Positions 50,001 through 58,821 of a DNA stretch of 64,000 bases are shown one piece after another (position 1 is the stretch's first letter; each line of letters opens with the position of its first letter). Source of the DNA: Candidatus Multivorans sp. (GTDB taxonomy: Bacteria > Acidobacteriota > Thermoanaerobaculia > Multivoradales > Multivoraceae); assembly GCA_965224025.1 (NCBI GenBank), contig OZ245033.1, positions 3,648,001-3,712,000 of the forward strand, in the 5' to 3' direction. The notes under the pieces are model-generated. The model did not search any database. It was given only the letters and a program-made list of their open reading frames with translations, and had not been told where the DNA came from. A program made the translations under genes and the position numbers.

Positions 50001-50750
50001 TTGCAGATCCAGTTGAACCGCCGCTTCGCCGACGGCTGGGCCCTCTACAACAACATCGCGTGGTCCGAGACCGACACGACCGGCGCCGGCGTCTGGTGGA
50101 ACAACACCGAGGGCGACTACCTGGAGGGCGTGCACCTGGTACTCGACGAAACGCACATTGAGCAGTGCCAGACCGGCATGGAGACACCGGACCGCCGGAC
50201 CGGGCGGCTGCCTCTCTATCCTGAGGATTGCGCGCAGAGGCTCAACGAGTGGCTCGGCTACCCGGTGTCCATGATCAACAAGCGCGGCGCCAATAACGTC
50301 GCCGATCGCACGTGGATCTACAACTCCTTCGGATTCAAGACCTGGCGCATCGGGAACCACGACCTGACCCTTGGCGGTCACCTCACCTTCCAGACGGGTA
50401 CACCGTGGGCCCGTTCCGGAGGCGCTTCCTACGTCAAGGACCCGACCGACCCCGCCAACGCGAACACCGATACCCGGCCCGGCACAGCGAACGCTGGCGT
50501 CGGCTTCATCTTCCATCCCTACGGTACGGAAGGGCGTCGAACCTCTGACGAGTACACGCTCAATCTCACTGGCGCCTGGGGATTCCCGATGGGCTACCGC
50601 GACGTGCGTGGCGAATTCAGGGTGGAAGTCAACAATCTGACGAACCAGCAACGCCGTCGTCGCTGGGACGGCGGAGGCTATGTGTACCCCGTGCGCCGGT
50701 ACTTCCAGCGCCCGCGGCAGATCCGAGCCAACATCAAGTTCCGGTTCTAG
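47076..50750 (+). CDS. TonB-dependent receptor (Oar-like), copy 2
   Basis: Colinear paralog of 43011-46637 with long identical blocks; ends IKFRF. Confidence 0.9.
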   Translation: MKRLAVALLLFVPVGLVADAPETATVSGTIVDPGGSPLPGVSITLSSDRGDKFSITDENGNYRFVGLVPDDYSLKAELQGLGEVQAEFHAAAGDRKSVDLTLQAAIEGEELTITADTPMVDKFNVTAGTTVTSEIGEQTAGTTRTYYGVINAMPGVTSDARNDDIQQTRPSVNGTHFADQGVYVDGVDTTFAKFGGSRVFLPTTALTEVSMEAGGSSAEYGRYIGSSTNVIVKSGTNRWHTDVLWQQQSVDWGADYKDQPSLEERQNKPYPRDWFKRCHGDERDAGRGEIPGGTDVSEAFNTNRQACLPGSDEWAGSSSGYELSAGGPLRRDKFWFFLGVSEFDDAYSERLLGGDPYDVSLFNDARIFKLNMQPTASHSFAASAIDTPAFRNYFNDQSSDYWTPTPHENDSVLSTINWNYAVSGNWFLEAKVAQQETQENKYLSCYNKLEQENPEVLNPDGVPLLEWLAQDNFPDAPARMVETCLQAKSLDRGPIAGHSATNTSGGDTSYPLRFPFDPSQGIFYPGNNYNIYRDNENLSAWHNGWILSDGFGFNAFPREQANLGLTQFVGANHELKYGIDYQDTKWEGENARVPLMDGWAFDATNPFGFLNAGQDALDSCSVFRSAGTNPDNPTEAWDGFRTNRGRSCYFVDYNSTLLTCEGVAGDGMPHRPTQITREGGEIVRTPGTCVGRGTGDTEVRDIGFFLRDRFTIGDHWTFNVGLRTENQEAWNDVRRRVVDDNYVDPRINITYDVKGDGQFLLNATYGHYHAMLNQAWISGGDVARPSMHDLWNGYEGREVFLFCDPGDVASANLLGFLGFINWSCNLPQRRDTLRNGTVGQPLPGYNVSWELAQPGLMWDAVQADVFDFDVQTYYKQEMILGLEWQFRPDWALDIKYIDWNIQDPMFSNFQLDHLGRNIGITENYHDLAKIVTAFDDAREAAWVSAGNEPGTRNPGSVLNREALAQADPAKNGYRGLQIQLNRRFADGWALYNNIAWSETDTTGAGVWWNNTEGDYLEGVHLVLDETHIEQCQTGMETPDRRTGRLPLYPEDCAQRLNEWLGYPVSMINKRGANNVADRTWIYNSFGFKTWRIGNHDLTLGGHLTFQTGTPWARSGGASYVKDPTDPANANTDTRPGTANAGVGFIFHPYGTEGRRTSDEYTLNLTGAWGFPMGYRDVRGEFRVEVNNLTNQQRRRRWDGGGYVYPVRRYFQRPRQIRANIKFRF

Positions 50751-50849
50751 GCCGGATCAAACGGGGGGCAGCAGGACGTTTCTTACTGGATTCCCCTAAC
50801 AATCCGCACCCCACTTTCCAACGTAACCAAGAGAAGGGATCAGCAACGA

Positions 50850-51275
50850 ATGCCGAAAAAACCACCCACTTCAGTCTGCGTACTTCTGAGCGCACTCTTC
50901 CTCGCGCTTCTCCTCGTGTCGGCCTCCTCGGTTTCCGCCCAAGGGAACGACGCAACAGAATGTGGAAACGAAGCAGACTGTGAGACCGACGCGGCGGGCG
51001 ATTCTTATGGAGACCAGCCTGGTGCCTACGACCCCTACGCCGACCCTTACGACGGGCACACGCTTCCTGGGTCCAGCTTCCCCTCGCCACTAGATGTTGG
51101 TTCTATCGGTCCACAGATACCAAACATTGTTGTCAACGTCGATTCACTGGCTCTCGCCTGCAACTTGCTTGATCTCGGCCTCGCGAACAGCGATGAGGAG
51201 ATTATCGACGTGGCGCTGAACGCCTTGGGAGCCAGTTCTGTTGAGGAGACAATCGAGATCTGCAACGACGTCTAG
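50850..51275 (+). CDS. Small secreted acidic hypothetical protein
   Basis: Strong signal peptide (LLSALFLALLLVSASSVSAQ); four Cys in the mature region; visibly lower GC. Confidence 0.6.
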   Translation: MPKKPPTSVCVLLSALFLALLLVSASSVSAQGNDATECGNEADCETDAAGDSYGDQPGAYDPYADPYDGHTLPGSSFPSPLDVGSIGPQIPNIVVNVDSLALACNLLDLGLANSDEEIIDVALNALGASSVEETIEICNDV

Positions 51276-51735
51276 TTGGAGCCGGGACACCAACAGACTC
51301 TCCGGCTCTCGGTCAGGGAGTTCTACAGTTGGTTGTGCGAGCGACTGCCTACCAGTACTGAGGCTCGGAACAGCGTTCGGCGACCCGCTCCCGTGCCGGT
51401 GGAAGTCCCGTGGTCCTAACGGAAGCAGCTTCCTTCTCCCTCTCGGCTCCGGCGCATAGTCCTGTGCGGGAGCCATTCCATCGAAAGACGTAGCGTCGAA
51501 AGCTAAACGTTGAAGGCGGGCGCAAGGAAACAACGGCCCTCGTTCACCGTCAACCACGGCCAGGTGGCACCTAAACTTGTCGGTGAGGGGTAGTCACTTC
51601 TGCGGCTGGTAATTGAGTTGCGGCCGGCCGCGTCTGAGTCTCCGAACGCGTAACCAGCGCTTCATATTGCCCCCAAATGCCTCGCTTCGAGCATAGGTTA
51701 GCCCCCGCCTGCCCCGACGGCTGCTATTCCTCGGC

Positions 51736-54700
51736 TTGGCCGCGCTCACTGCCGGCCCGCTCTTGACCCAACCTGTACCCGATCGGCCACTCATCGTCAC
51801 GGGCACGCTCGTCGACGAGCGCGGCGTTCCCGTCGCCGGCCTGGATGCCGTGCTCCGGCCCTATCCCAGCAACTACGCGCTCGACCTTGACCTTCTCGGC
51901 CGACCGGACGCGCTGCCGGAGGCCGCAGACGGCGTCCGGACCGGCCCGGACGGCACCTTCTCCCTGTCGGCGCCCGCGATCGGGCCCTACCGCCTCGAAG
52001 TCCGGCCAGGGCCGCTAGCGACCGAACGGGCGCTCAGGATCCCCCTCGTCCACCGCGACATTCTGCCGCTCAGGGTTCCCCTGCACCTCGAACCGATTGA
52101 ACTGCCGGACCACCATCCACTGACGATCAAGGCGCTCGATCCGGACGGACGGGCAATCGAGGGCGCCTTCGTGTTCGTCTATCCCACGGCGCAGCAACCG
52201 GAAGGCCCACCCTACCGGCAGACCCACGAGCAGCCCGAACGGCTCCTTGTGGAGCTTGACGGCGCCTCCACGCGCACGGACGCAGATGGTCTGGCGCGGT
52301 TTCTGATGCCCACGAAAGAAGGACGCGTCACCGTCTCCGCGTCTGGATTTGCGCTCCGCACCGCCACCGCGACAGGCGGCCGGGCCGCCTTCCGGCTCCG
52401 TCCCGCACCGGACTTGGCACTTCGCGTCCGCAACCTGGACGGGCGACCCGCACACCGAGCCGCTATCCGCACAGTTGGCCCACGCCCGGTTCCCCTCGGG
52501 TTGACGAACGAGCAGGGCGAGGCGGTGATCGTCATCGCCGCCGATGGTCGGGCCATGTTCGAGGTGGAAACGGCCAGCGGCGCGTTCGCACGCGCTGGGG
52601 CCCGGAATCACACTTCCCGCGGAGACACGTCCCGGTCGTCGATCGTAGAAATCCAACTCCAACGACCGGCGGCGATTCCCGGGCGGATCGCGGATGCCGA
52701 GACGGGATTCGCCGTCCCCGAGGCCGTGGTCTGGGTTCGCTCCGACCCCGGACGAAGCACGGTCGCCGATGGGGCCGGCGTTTTCGAGCTGGCCGCACCC
52801 ATACGGTCTGGCGGCCTTGATATCGGCGTCGTCGCGGGCGGCTACACATCCGCGACGGCGAAAGTCACGGCAGAGCTGCTCCAGGCCTCACAGGGTGTGT
52901 CGATCGGGCTCGCAGCCGCAGCGCCCCTCGCCGGCTGGGTCGTGGACAGCTTCGAACACCCGGTTGCAGGAGCGAACATCCACATCGAGCCAAGCGGCAA
53001 GGGGCGGTTCTTCGGCACACGCTGGGGGCGGTCCGCACGCGCAACGTCGGGGCCGGATGGTTCGTTCTACATCGACAACGCTCTATACGCTAGCGCGTAC
53101 CGCCTCACCGTTGACGCTCCAGCCTTCGCCTCCGTGCAGCACGAACTGCCGCCCCTCCAGCGGAACTCTCCGGCCGCCCCGATCCGCATCGTCCTGACGA
53201 AAGGCCGACAGCCCTGGGGCACGGTCGTTGACGTGGAGCGAGCACCCGTGGCCGGCGCCCAGGTCCGGCTGCTCTGGCCGCCGGACAACCCCGAAGTTGG
53301 AAACAGCTACGGCAGCCAGGAGGCTGCACAACCGGCCAACTCGAACAACCGAGGCGAGTTCGAGTTTCCACTCGTCGCCCCAGGCCCGTACGATCTCCAC
53401 ATTCTGCACCCGGAGTACCTTGATCTGCAGGCCGAAACGGTTGGCGTGCCGCATGGCGGCGGCTACTTCGACCTCGGCGTCTTCACGCTCACGCCGGGCT
53501 CCGAGATTCGCGGCGTAGTGGTCGGCCCAAACGACAATCCCGTCAGCGGAGCCGAAGTCAGCATGAGGCAACGGACGCAGGGCCTGTCGTGGCAGGAGCG
53601 AGCCGCGACCACCGATGAAGAGGGACGGTTTCGGCTGGGCGGACTAGCGCCGGCCCCGACCGACATCATCGCGATCGCGGACGGCTACGCCCCCACGGTC
53701 GTCGAATCGGTCCGGCCCGCAACCGGCGAGCCGATCATGATCGAGATGGCCAAAGGTGCATCGGTGGCTGGATGGGTTCTGGAACCCGATGGAACAGGCG
53801 CCGCCGGAATCGAGGTTACGCTGACCCTGCCGGCGCGCGAAGTGCCCAGGGTGGCCCGGAGACTGCTTGGACAGGATCTGTTCCGCCACGGCCGGACCGA
53901 CGGCGATGGCCGCTTTCGCTTCGACAACGTGGTTCCCGCGAAGTGGACCGCCGAGGCCCGCAACGAGACCTCCGTGGCAACGCAGGAAGGAATCCAACTC
54001 ACGCACGGAGATCTGCGCGAGATCGAACTTCGGCTGAACGCTCCGGACCGGCTGACGGTCTTTGTCACGAACCACCTCGCCGAACCGGTGACAAACGCCG
54101 ATATACGAGCGAGTCCGAAAGACCGCTCTCGCAAACCGGTCTTCGGCGATACCGACGCCGGTGGCCGCGCCATCCTGTGGGTATCCCCGGGCCCCTTAAC
54201 GGTCGTGGTCGAGCATCCCGAACTACTCAGCCGTTCTCGCGAAGTCGTGATCGAACCGGGCGCCAACGAACTCAACCTACAGCTCGACACCGGCTGGGAG
54301 ATCAGCGGTACCGTCCGTTCCGGCGACGGCGCACCCATCCCCGGGGTCGCCGTCGAAGCAAGCAAACAACTAGCCGGCGAAGACGGAGACAACGAAGTGC
54401 CCGTCGTGCTGCGCAGGTTCCGCCGCATACTCGAGCCGCCGGCACGGGCCCTCTCCGACATCGCCGGCGGCTTTCGGTTGGCCGGTCTCGAACGCGGCCG
54501 CTACCGCCTCGTCGCCCGATTGGCCGGATTCACGGAAGGTGAGTTGCCGAACACGATCGAGATCAACGGCCAATCCATCGCCGACGTCACACTCGTACTT
54601 AAGCCCGGCGCCTCGGTTCAAGGCTTCGTGACCGGGCTCGACAGCGTCGCCTTGGCATCCGCGGAAGTCCAAGCGTGGCAGGGTGTACTGTTTCGGAGGG

Positions 54701-55122
54701 CCAAGCCGGGTAGCGATGGCAGCTTCGAACTCAGAGCCCTCGGTGTCGGAACTTGGCAGATGGCGGCCACGACCGGCGAACGGCAATCCCCAACGCAAGA
54801 AGTGCCCCTGGAACCCGGCGAGCAGCGCGCCTTAGTCGAACTTCGGTTCGAGATGGGGTTCCGGCTGTCCGGTCAGGTGTCGGTCACTGGGCAACCAGCC
54901 AGGGGCGGTTTCGTCAGCGCTCTTCTAAGTGGCGGACAACACCCTCGTCGAACTAGAACTGACCACCAGGGCCGGTTCGAGATGGAAGGGCTAGAGGCAG
55001 GCCCCTACGACCTGGAGTTCCGGCACGTCCTCGGCTTCAAACAGGTGCGGCAGATCGACCTTCAAGGCGACTACCACAACGTGCTGGTCAACCTGCAGCC
55101 ACGCCAGGAACCGCCGAACTAG
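51736..55122 (+). CDS. Carboxypeptidase regulatory-like (Cna-B type) repeat protein
   Basis: About 8-10 repeats of G.V.D..G.PV.GA.V...T..DG.F....PG.Y; possible true start ATG 51677 through a frameshift in a C5 run. Confidence 0.82.
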   Translation: MAALTAGPLLTQPVPDRPLIVTGTLVDERGVPVAGLDAVLRPYPSNYALDLDLLGRPDALPEAADGVRTGPDGTFSLSAPAIGPYRLEVRPGPLATERALRIPLVHRDILPLRVPLHLEPIELPDHHPLTIKALDPDGRAIEGAFVFVYPTAQQPEGPPYRQTHEQPERLLVELDGASTRTDADGLARFLMPTKEGRVTVSASGFALRTATATGGRAAFRLRPAPDLALRVRNLDGRPAHRAAIRTVGPRPVPLGLTNEQGEAVIVIAADGRAMFEVETASGAFARAGARNHTSRGDTSRSSIVEIQLQRPAAIPGRIADAETGFAVPEAVVWVRSDPGRSTVADGAGVFELAAPIRSGGLDIGVVAGGYTSATAKVTAELLQASQGVSIGLAAAAPLAGWVVDSFEHPVAGANIHIEPSGKGRFFGTRWGRSARATSGPDGSFYIDNALYASAYRLTVDAPAFASVQHELPPLQRNSPAAPIRIVLTKGRQPWGTVVDVERAPVAGAQVRLLWPPDNPEVGNSYGSQEAAQPANSNNRGEFEFPLVAPGPYDLHILHPEYLDLQAETVGVPHGGGYFDLGVFTLTPGSEIRGVVVGPNDNPVSGAEVSMRQRTQGLSWQERAATTDEEGRFRLGGLAPAPTDIIAIADGYAPTVVESVRPATGEPIMIEMAKGASVAGWVLEPDGTGAAGIEVTLTLPAREVPRVARRLLGQDLFRHGRTDGDGRFRFDNVVPAKWTAEARNETSVATQEGIQLTHGDLREIELRLNAPDRLTVFVTNHLAEPVTNADIRASPKDRSRKPVFGDTDAGGRAILWVSPGPLTVVVEHPELLSRSREVVIEPGANELNLQLDTGWEISGTVRSGDGAPIPGVAVEASKQLAGEDGDNEVPVVLRRFRRILEPPARALSDIAGGFRLAGLERGRYRLVARLAGFTEGELPNTIEINGQSIADVTLVLKPGASVQGFVTGLDSVALASAEVQAWQGVLFRRAKPGSDGSFELRALGVGTWQMAATTGERQSPTQEVPLEPGEQRALVELRFEMGFRLSGQVSVTGQPARGGFVSALLSGGQHPRRTRTDHQGRFEMEGLEAGPYDLEFRHVLGFKQVRQIDLQGDYHNVLVNLQPRQEPPN

Positions 55123-55325
55123 CATCGGCCGGTTCAGCAGTTCGCGGGCGCTACTGCCAGAAGCTTCGGAACCGGCAACGCGAAGGCGCCGCCTCTGCTC
55201 AAGATACTGGAGACAAGTGCTCGTGCCTTCCTGGACTGACCGCCATTGCCCGCCTGTTGAGCGTTCGTAGCTCACCCAATCCACGCGGGACCACCTCCTA
55301 AACTGGCCGCACCAGTCCTTTGCGC

Positions 55326-55861
55326 CCGGCACCACGATCAACCAGCGGGGCGCGAACCACGTCTACGACCGCATGTGGATCTACAACTCCTTCGGGTTCA
55401 AGACCTGGCGGATCGGCAACCAGGATCTGACGGTTGGAGGTCACATCACGTTCCAGACCGGCACCCCCTGGGCTCGGTCCGAGGGTGCGGGCATCAGTGC
55501 TCAAAAGACCTGCGCTCCCGGTGCCAGGCCCGCGGGACTCCGTACCTGCCCGCCGATCACGCCCTCCGACCCGACCACCGACGCACGGCCGGGCACGGCG
55601 AACGGCGGCGTTGGCGTGCGCCTGCACCCCTTCGGGGCGGAAGGACGCCGGACCTCGGACGAGTACACGATCAACCTGAGCGGCGCCTGGGGCTTCCCAT
55701 GGGCTATCGGGAAGTGCGTGGCGAACTCCGGGTCGAGGTGCTCAACGCGACCAACCAGCAGCGCCGCCGGCGCTGGGACGGTCAGGGCGAGGTCTTACCC
55801 CGTGCGCAGGTACTACCAGCGCCCGAGGCAGATGCGAGCCTCGATCAAGTTCCGGTTCTAG
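55326..55861 (+). pseudogene. 3' fragment of a third TonB-dependent receptor paralog
   Basis: INQRGANHVYDRMWIYNSFGFKTWRIGNQDLT..FQTGTPW..RTSDEYT..QRPRQMRASIKFRF; offsetting indels near 55698 and 55796; no 5' part. Confidence 0.85.
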
Positions 55862-55910
55862 GACCGGATCGACAGAACCTGAGGCTTAGGCCTCCGGTTC
55901 AGAGGAACCA

Positions 55911-55941
55911 AGGGGGAGAGGGCTTCGGCTCTCTCCCTCTT
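55911..55941 (+). terminator. Terminator hairpin nearly identical to 46692-46722
   Basis: GGGGGAGAGGGC-TTCG-GCTCTCTCCCTC. Confidence 0.7.
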
Positions 55942-56106
55942 CGTCGTTCATCGTCGCCGCATCCTGCCTGTCTGCGGGCCTGCAAACCCAGGTCCGCGCC
56001 CCGGAATCCGTCCAGGTCTCTGACGGCCTTCTCGCGCGCCGCTCGAAATCGGCGGGGCGCACAGAGACGGTTCACGACGGCAGACCAACGACAGGAGGAT
56101 CGGGCA

Positions 56107-56588
56107 ATGCAAGGCTATGCGGTAGAGTCGGGCGTCCAGGAAACGAGGCGCCGGCTCAAGAAGGCTGGCTTCAAGGAAGACGACCTGGAGGCAATGACCG
56201 AGGTGATCGCCGGCATGGAAGAGAGACTCGCGACGAAGGAGGATCTGGCTAGGGCGGAAGGCGTCCTGAAGCAGGACATCGCCGACGTCCGGGAAGACCT
56301 GAACCAGCTCGCGACCACCGTGGCAACGCATACGACCCGGATCGAGGGCCTGGAAAGGCAATGGAGGCTCTACGTCAGGAGGTCAGGGATCGCTTCGAGA
56401 GCTTCCGACAGGAGATTGCCGCTCAGATGGACGGCCTCCGAGGCCAGATGCACGGCCTGCGGGGAGAGATCAACGGCCTGCGGGGCGAAATGCGGACGAT
56501 CAAGTGGATCGGCGGCGCACTCTTCGCCCTGATGGTCCCGATGGTCGGAGGCATCATCGGTATCGGCCTGCGCCTGGGCCAAGGCTAG
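56107..56588 (+). pseudogene. Coiled-coil protein with C-terminal TM (CCDC90/DUF1640-like), copy 1, frameshifted near 56357
   Basis: AGGAGG SD; LKKAGF..LATKEDL; CTGGAAAGGCAATG versus CTGGAACGGGCAATG in the intact copy. Confidence 0.75.
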
Positions 56589-56715
56589 GCTTCCCGTCCA
56601 GGTCTGTCGACCGAGCGCGGCTTGCGGAGCTCGGAGAGATACGAGAGGCCGACCTGATTCGTGGCGCGCTCAACTGCCGGAGCGAGGCGGAGTTCCTGGA
56701 GTTCTGCGCGGCGCT

Positions 56716-57027
56716 TTGCCCGGGTACGGGTGGCTTGCCACTGTAGTTCTGCAGACTCTCTCCCCTCTTTGGCATGGCGGCGGCGACAACGAGCTACAGG
56801 CTCTTGTGACGAGCGAGCCGGTTCTGGTCTTCGGCGCCATGTCCAAGCTGCTCGCAGGAATCCTGCAAAGGAACAAAGACGATGTTCTGCTCACCCACTA
56901 CCACTCGGGCTCGAGGGACGACGACTACGGCCTTGACCCCGACCATCGCGAGGACGGTATGTGCGACTTTGAAGTGAAGAGCGACCGAGTCGCGCTGACG
57001 CTACGATTGCGCGTCGCAGAACCGTAG
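56716..57027 (+). CDS. Hypothetical protein or fragment
   Basis: Globular-looking composition, ends 15 nt before the M15 gene; no recognisable motif or SD. Confidence 0.3.
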   Translation: MPGYGWLATVVLQTLSPLWHGGGDNELQALVTSEPVLVFGAMSKLLAGILQRNKDDVLLTHYHSGSRDDDYGLDPDHREDGMCDFEVKSDRVALTLRLRVAEP

Positions 57028-57042
57028 AACGACCCGGCGACC

Positions 57043-57486
57043 ATGCCTGAGTTCAGCGAGACCAGCGAGCAACGGCTCGCTAGTTGCCACCCCGACTTGC
57101 AGCGAGTGCTCCGGGCCGCCATCAGGGGCGGGCCCGACTTCACCGTGCTCTGCGGCCACCGATGCCAGGAAGACCAGGACAGAGCCGTCCGTGAAGGCCG
57201 CAGCCAGGTGCGGTGGCCACAGTCGAAGCACAACCAGGACCCGGCCCTCGCGGTCGACATTGCGCCGTGGCCAATCGACTGGGACGACGCCAACCGGTTC
57301 CGCGTACTGGCCGGCTACGTTCTCGGCGTGGCGGACACACTGGGCGTAGAGCTGAGATGGGGCGGCGACTGGGACCGGGACTACTCCGAGGCCGACGAAC
57401 GGTTCCGCGACCTGCCTCACTTCGAGTTGGTCGGGGATCAGCGAGCCGAACACCGTCCTTCACTGGAGGTATCGCCCGGAAACTGA
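57043..57486 (+). CDS. M15 family peptidoglycan endopeptidase (L-Ala-D-Glu type, endolysin-like)
   Basis: RLASCHPDL, GHRCQEDQ, SKHN..AVD, LRWGGDW, DLPHFEL zinc-peptidase motifs. Confidence 0.87.
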   Translation: MPEFSETSEQRLASCHPDLQRVLRAAIRGGPDFTVLCGHRCQEDQDRAVREGRSQVRWPQSKHNQDPALAVDIAPWPIDWDDANRFRVLAGYVLGVADTLGVELRWGGDWDRDYSEADERFRDLPHFELVGDQRAEHRPSLEVSPGN

Positions 57487-57522
57487 GCCGCCCAAAGCGC
57501 AGAAGGTGAGCCACCCTCGGCT
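57464..57522 (+). mobile_element. Orphan IS21-type left end
   Basis: TGGAGGTATCGCCCGGAAACTGAGCCGCCC..GGTGAGCCACCCTCGGC closely matches 22878-22936. Confidence 0.7.
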
Positions 57523-57798
57523 CGCGAGGTCGCCGAGCTCACTGCCGGCGCACGGCTGAATCCGTGCGGCGGTTCCGTCGCCGTTCGCCACCCAGGCGAT
57601 CACGCCGGCGCGGGCGGAAGCGCTGATGACGGCGACACGGAATCCGTCTTTGTCAGTGGCGGCCTTCTACGCGGATCAGGCGGTCGGCGAGCGGAAGGTG
57701 CGCCGGTCGCGATCCGTCGATCGTCGCCGTTCGAGTTGGCGACGGAAGGCATGCACCAGATGTTCACGACGGCTGCACAGTGGCAGGAGGATCAGGAA

Positions 57799-58260
57799 AT
57801 GGGAAGCTATCCAGTACACTCAGGAGTGCGGGAGACAAGGCGTCGGCTTGAGGACGCTGGTTTCAAGGGACTCCAGATGGAGGCACTGGTCGAGATGATG
57901 GCCGGCATGGAAGAAAGGCTCGCGACGAAGGAGGATGTCGCCCATGCCCAAGGCGTTCTGAAGCAGGACATCGCAGAGGTCCGGGAAGACCTGAACCAGC
58001 TCGCGACCACCGTGGCGAAAAACACGACGCGGATCGAGGGCCTGGAACGGGCAATGGAAGCTCTACGTCAGGAGGTCAGGGATCGCTTTGAGGGCTTCCG
58101 GCAGGAGATTGCCGCCAAGATGGACGGCCTGCGGGGAGAGATCAACGGCCTGCGGGGCGAAATGCGGACGATCAAGTGGATCGGCGGCGCAATCTTCGCC
58201 CTGATGGTCCCGATGGTCGGAGGCATCATCGGTATCGCCCTGCGCCTGGGCCAAGGCTAG
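57799..58260 (+). CDS. Coiled-coil protein with C-terminal TM (CCDC90/DUF1640-like), copy 2
   Basis: AGGAGG SD; LEDAGF..LATKED, heptad repeats, TM WIGGAIFALMVPMVGGIIGIAL. Confidence 0.78.
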   Translation: MGSYPVHSGVRETRRRLEDAGFKGLQMEALVEMMAGMEERLATKEDVAHAQGVLKQDIAEVREDLNQLATTVAKNTTRIEGLERAMEALRQEVRDRFEGFRQEIAAKMDGLRGEINGLRGEMRTIKWIGGAIFALMVPMVGGIIGIALRLGQG

Positions 58261-58353
58261 GCAGAACGCGGTTCAGGCCGGCGTTTTCGACTTCGACCTG
58301 CACGGGCCCTCGGCGCCTCTAGCGAGCCTGGTGTCTGAGCGGCGTCGCTACGT

Positions 58354-58806
58354 TCAGCGACCGCGGGCGGCGGCGGGCCGCAACGGATGTAGCCAGCGCA
58401 GGTCTGGGAACCGATCGAAATCGGCATCTGTCGAGACGAGCGTGCAGCCATGCTCGATGGCTACCGCCGCATGCTGGGCATCCGCCACCAGCTTCCCAGT
58501 GGCGGCGGACTCTCGGCAGACCCGCTCGAGAACGGCAAGGTGATCGGGACCGGGACCGACAACCCGCGCGTTCGGACGCTCCGTCAGCTCCGCCAGAAAG
58601 GCGAAGGCCTGATCGAGCGTGGACGGCGGTCCGAAGATGCGGGCATTGGTCACGATCCGGACGAAGCCCACCAGAACAAGAACCGAGAGCGCAAAGGGCT
58701 CGGGACCTGTCGCCAGCCGGGTCAACCACTCGGCGTACCGCGGATGGTCCAGACTCGAGTCCTCCCGGTGCGCGTAGATCAACACGTTGACGTCAGGGAG
58801 GAGCAC
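58354..58806 (-). CDS. vapC: PIN-domain toxin (VapC family)
   Basis: LLPDVNVLIYAHR, GFVRIVTN, VADAQHAAVAIEHG, STDADFDRFP. Confidence 0.9.
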   Translation of the reverse strand: MLLPDVNVLIYAHREDSSLDHPRYAEWLTRLATGPEPFALSVLVLVGFVRIVTNARIFGPPSTLDQAFAFLAELTERPNARVVGPGPDHLAVLERVCRESAATGKLVADAQHAAVAIEHGCTLVSTDADFDRFPDLRWLHPLRPAAARGR

Positions 58807-58821
58807 GTCAGAGGCTCGCGA

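Noticed and set aside
43011-55861. Diversity-generating retroelement or invertase shufflon acting on the receptors
   Set aside because: No reverse transcriptase or site-specific recombinase in the window; differences are not adenine-specific and all copies are co-oriented
57043-57486. Prophage
   Set aside because: Only a lone endolysin-like gene; no integrase, structural or replication genes
22878-57522. Composite transposon bounded by the two IS21 left ends
   Set aside because: Ends are in the same orientation and the first element already has its own right end and target duplication
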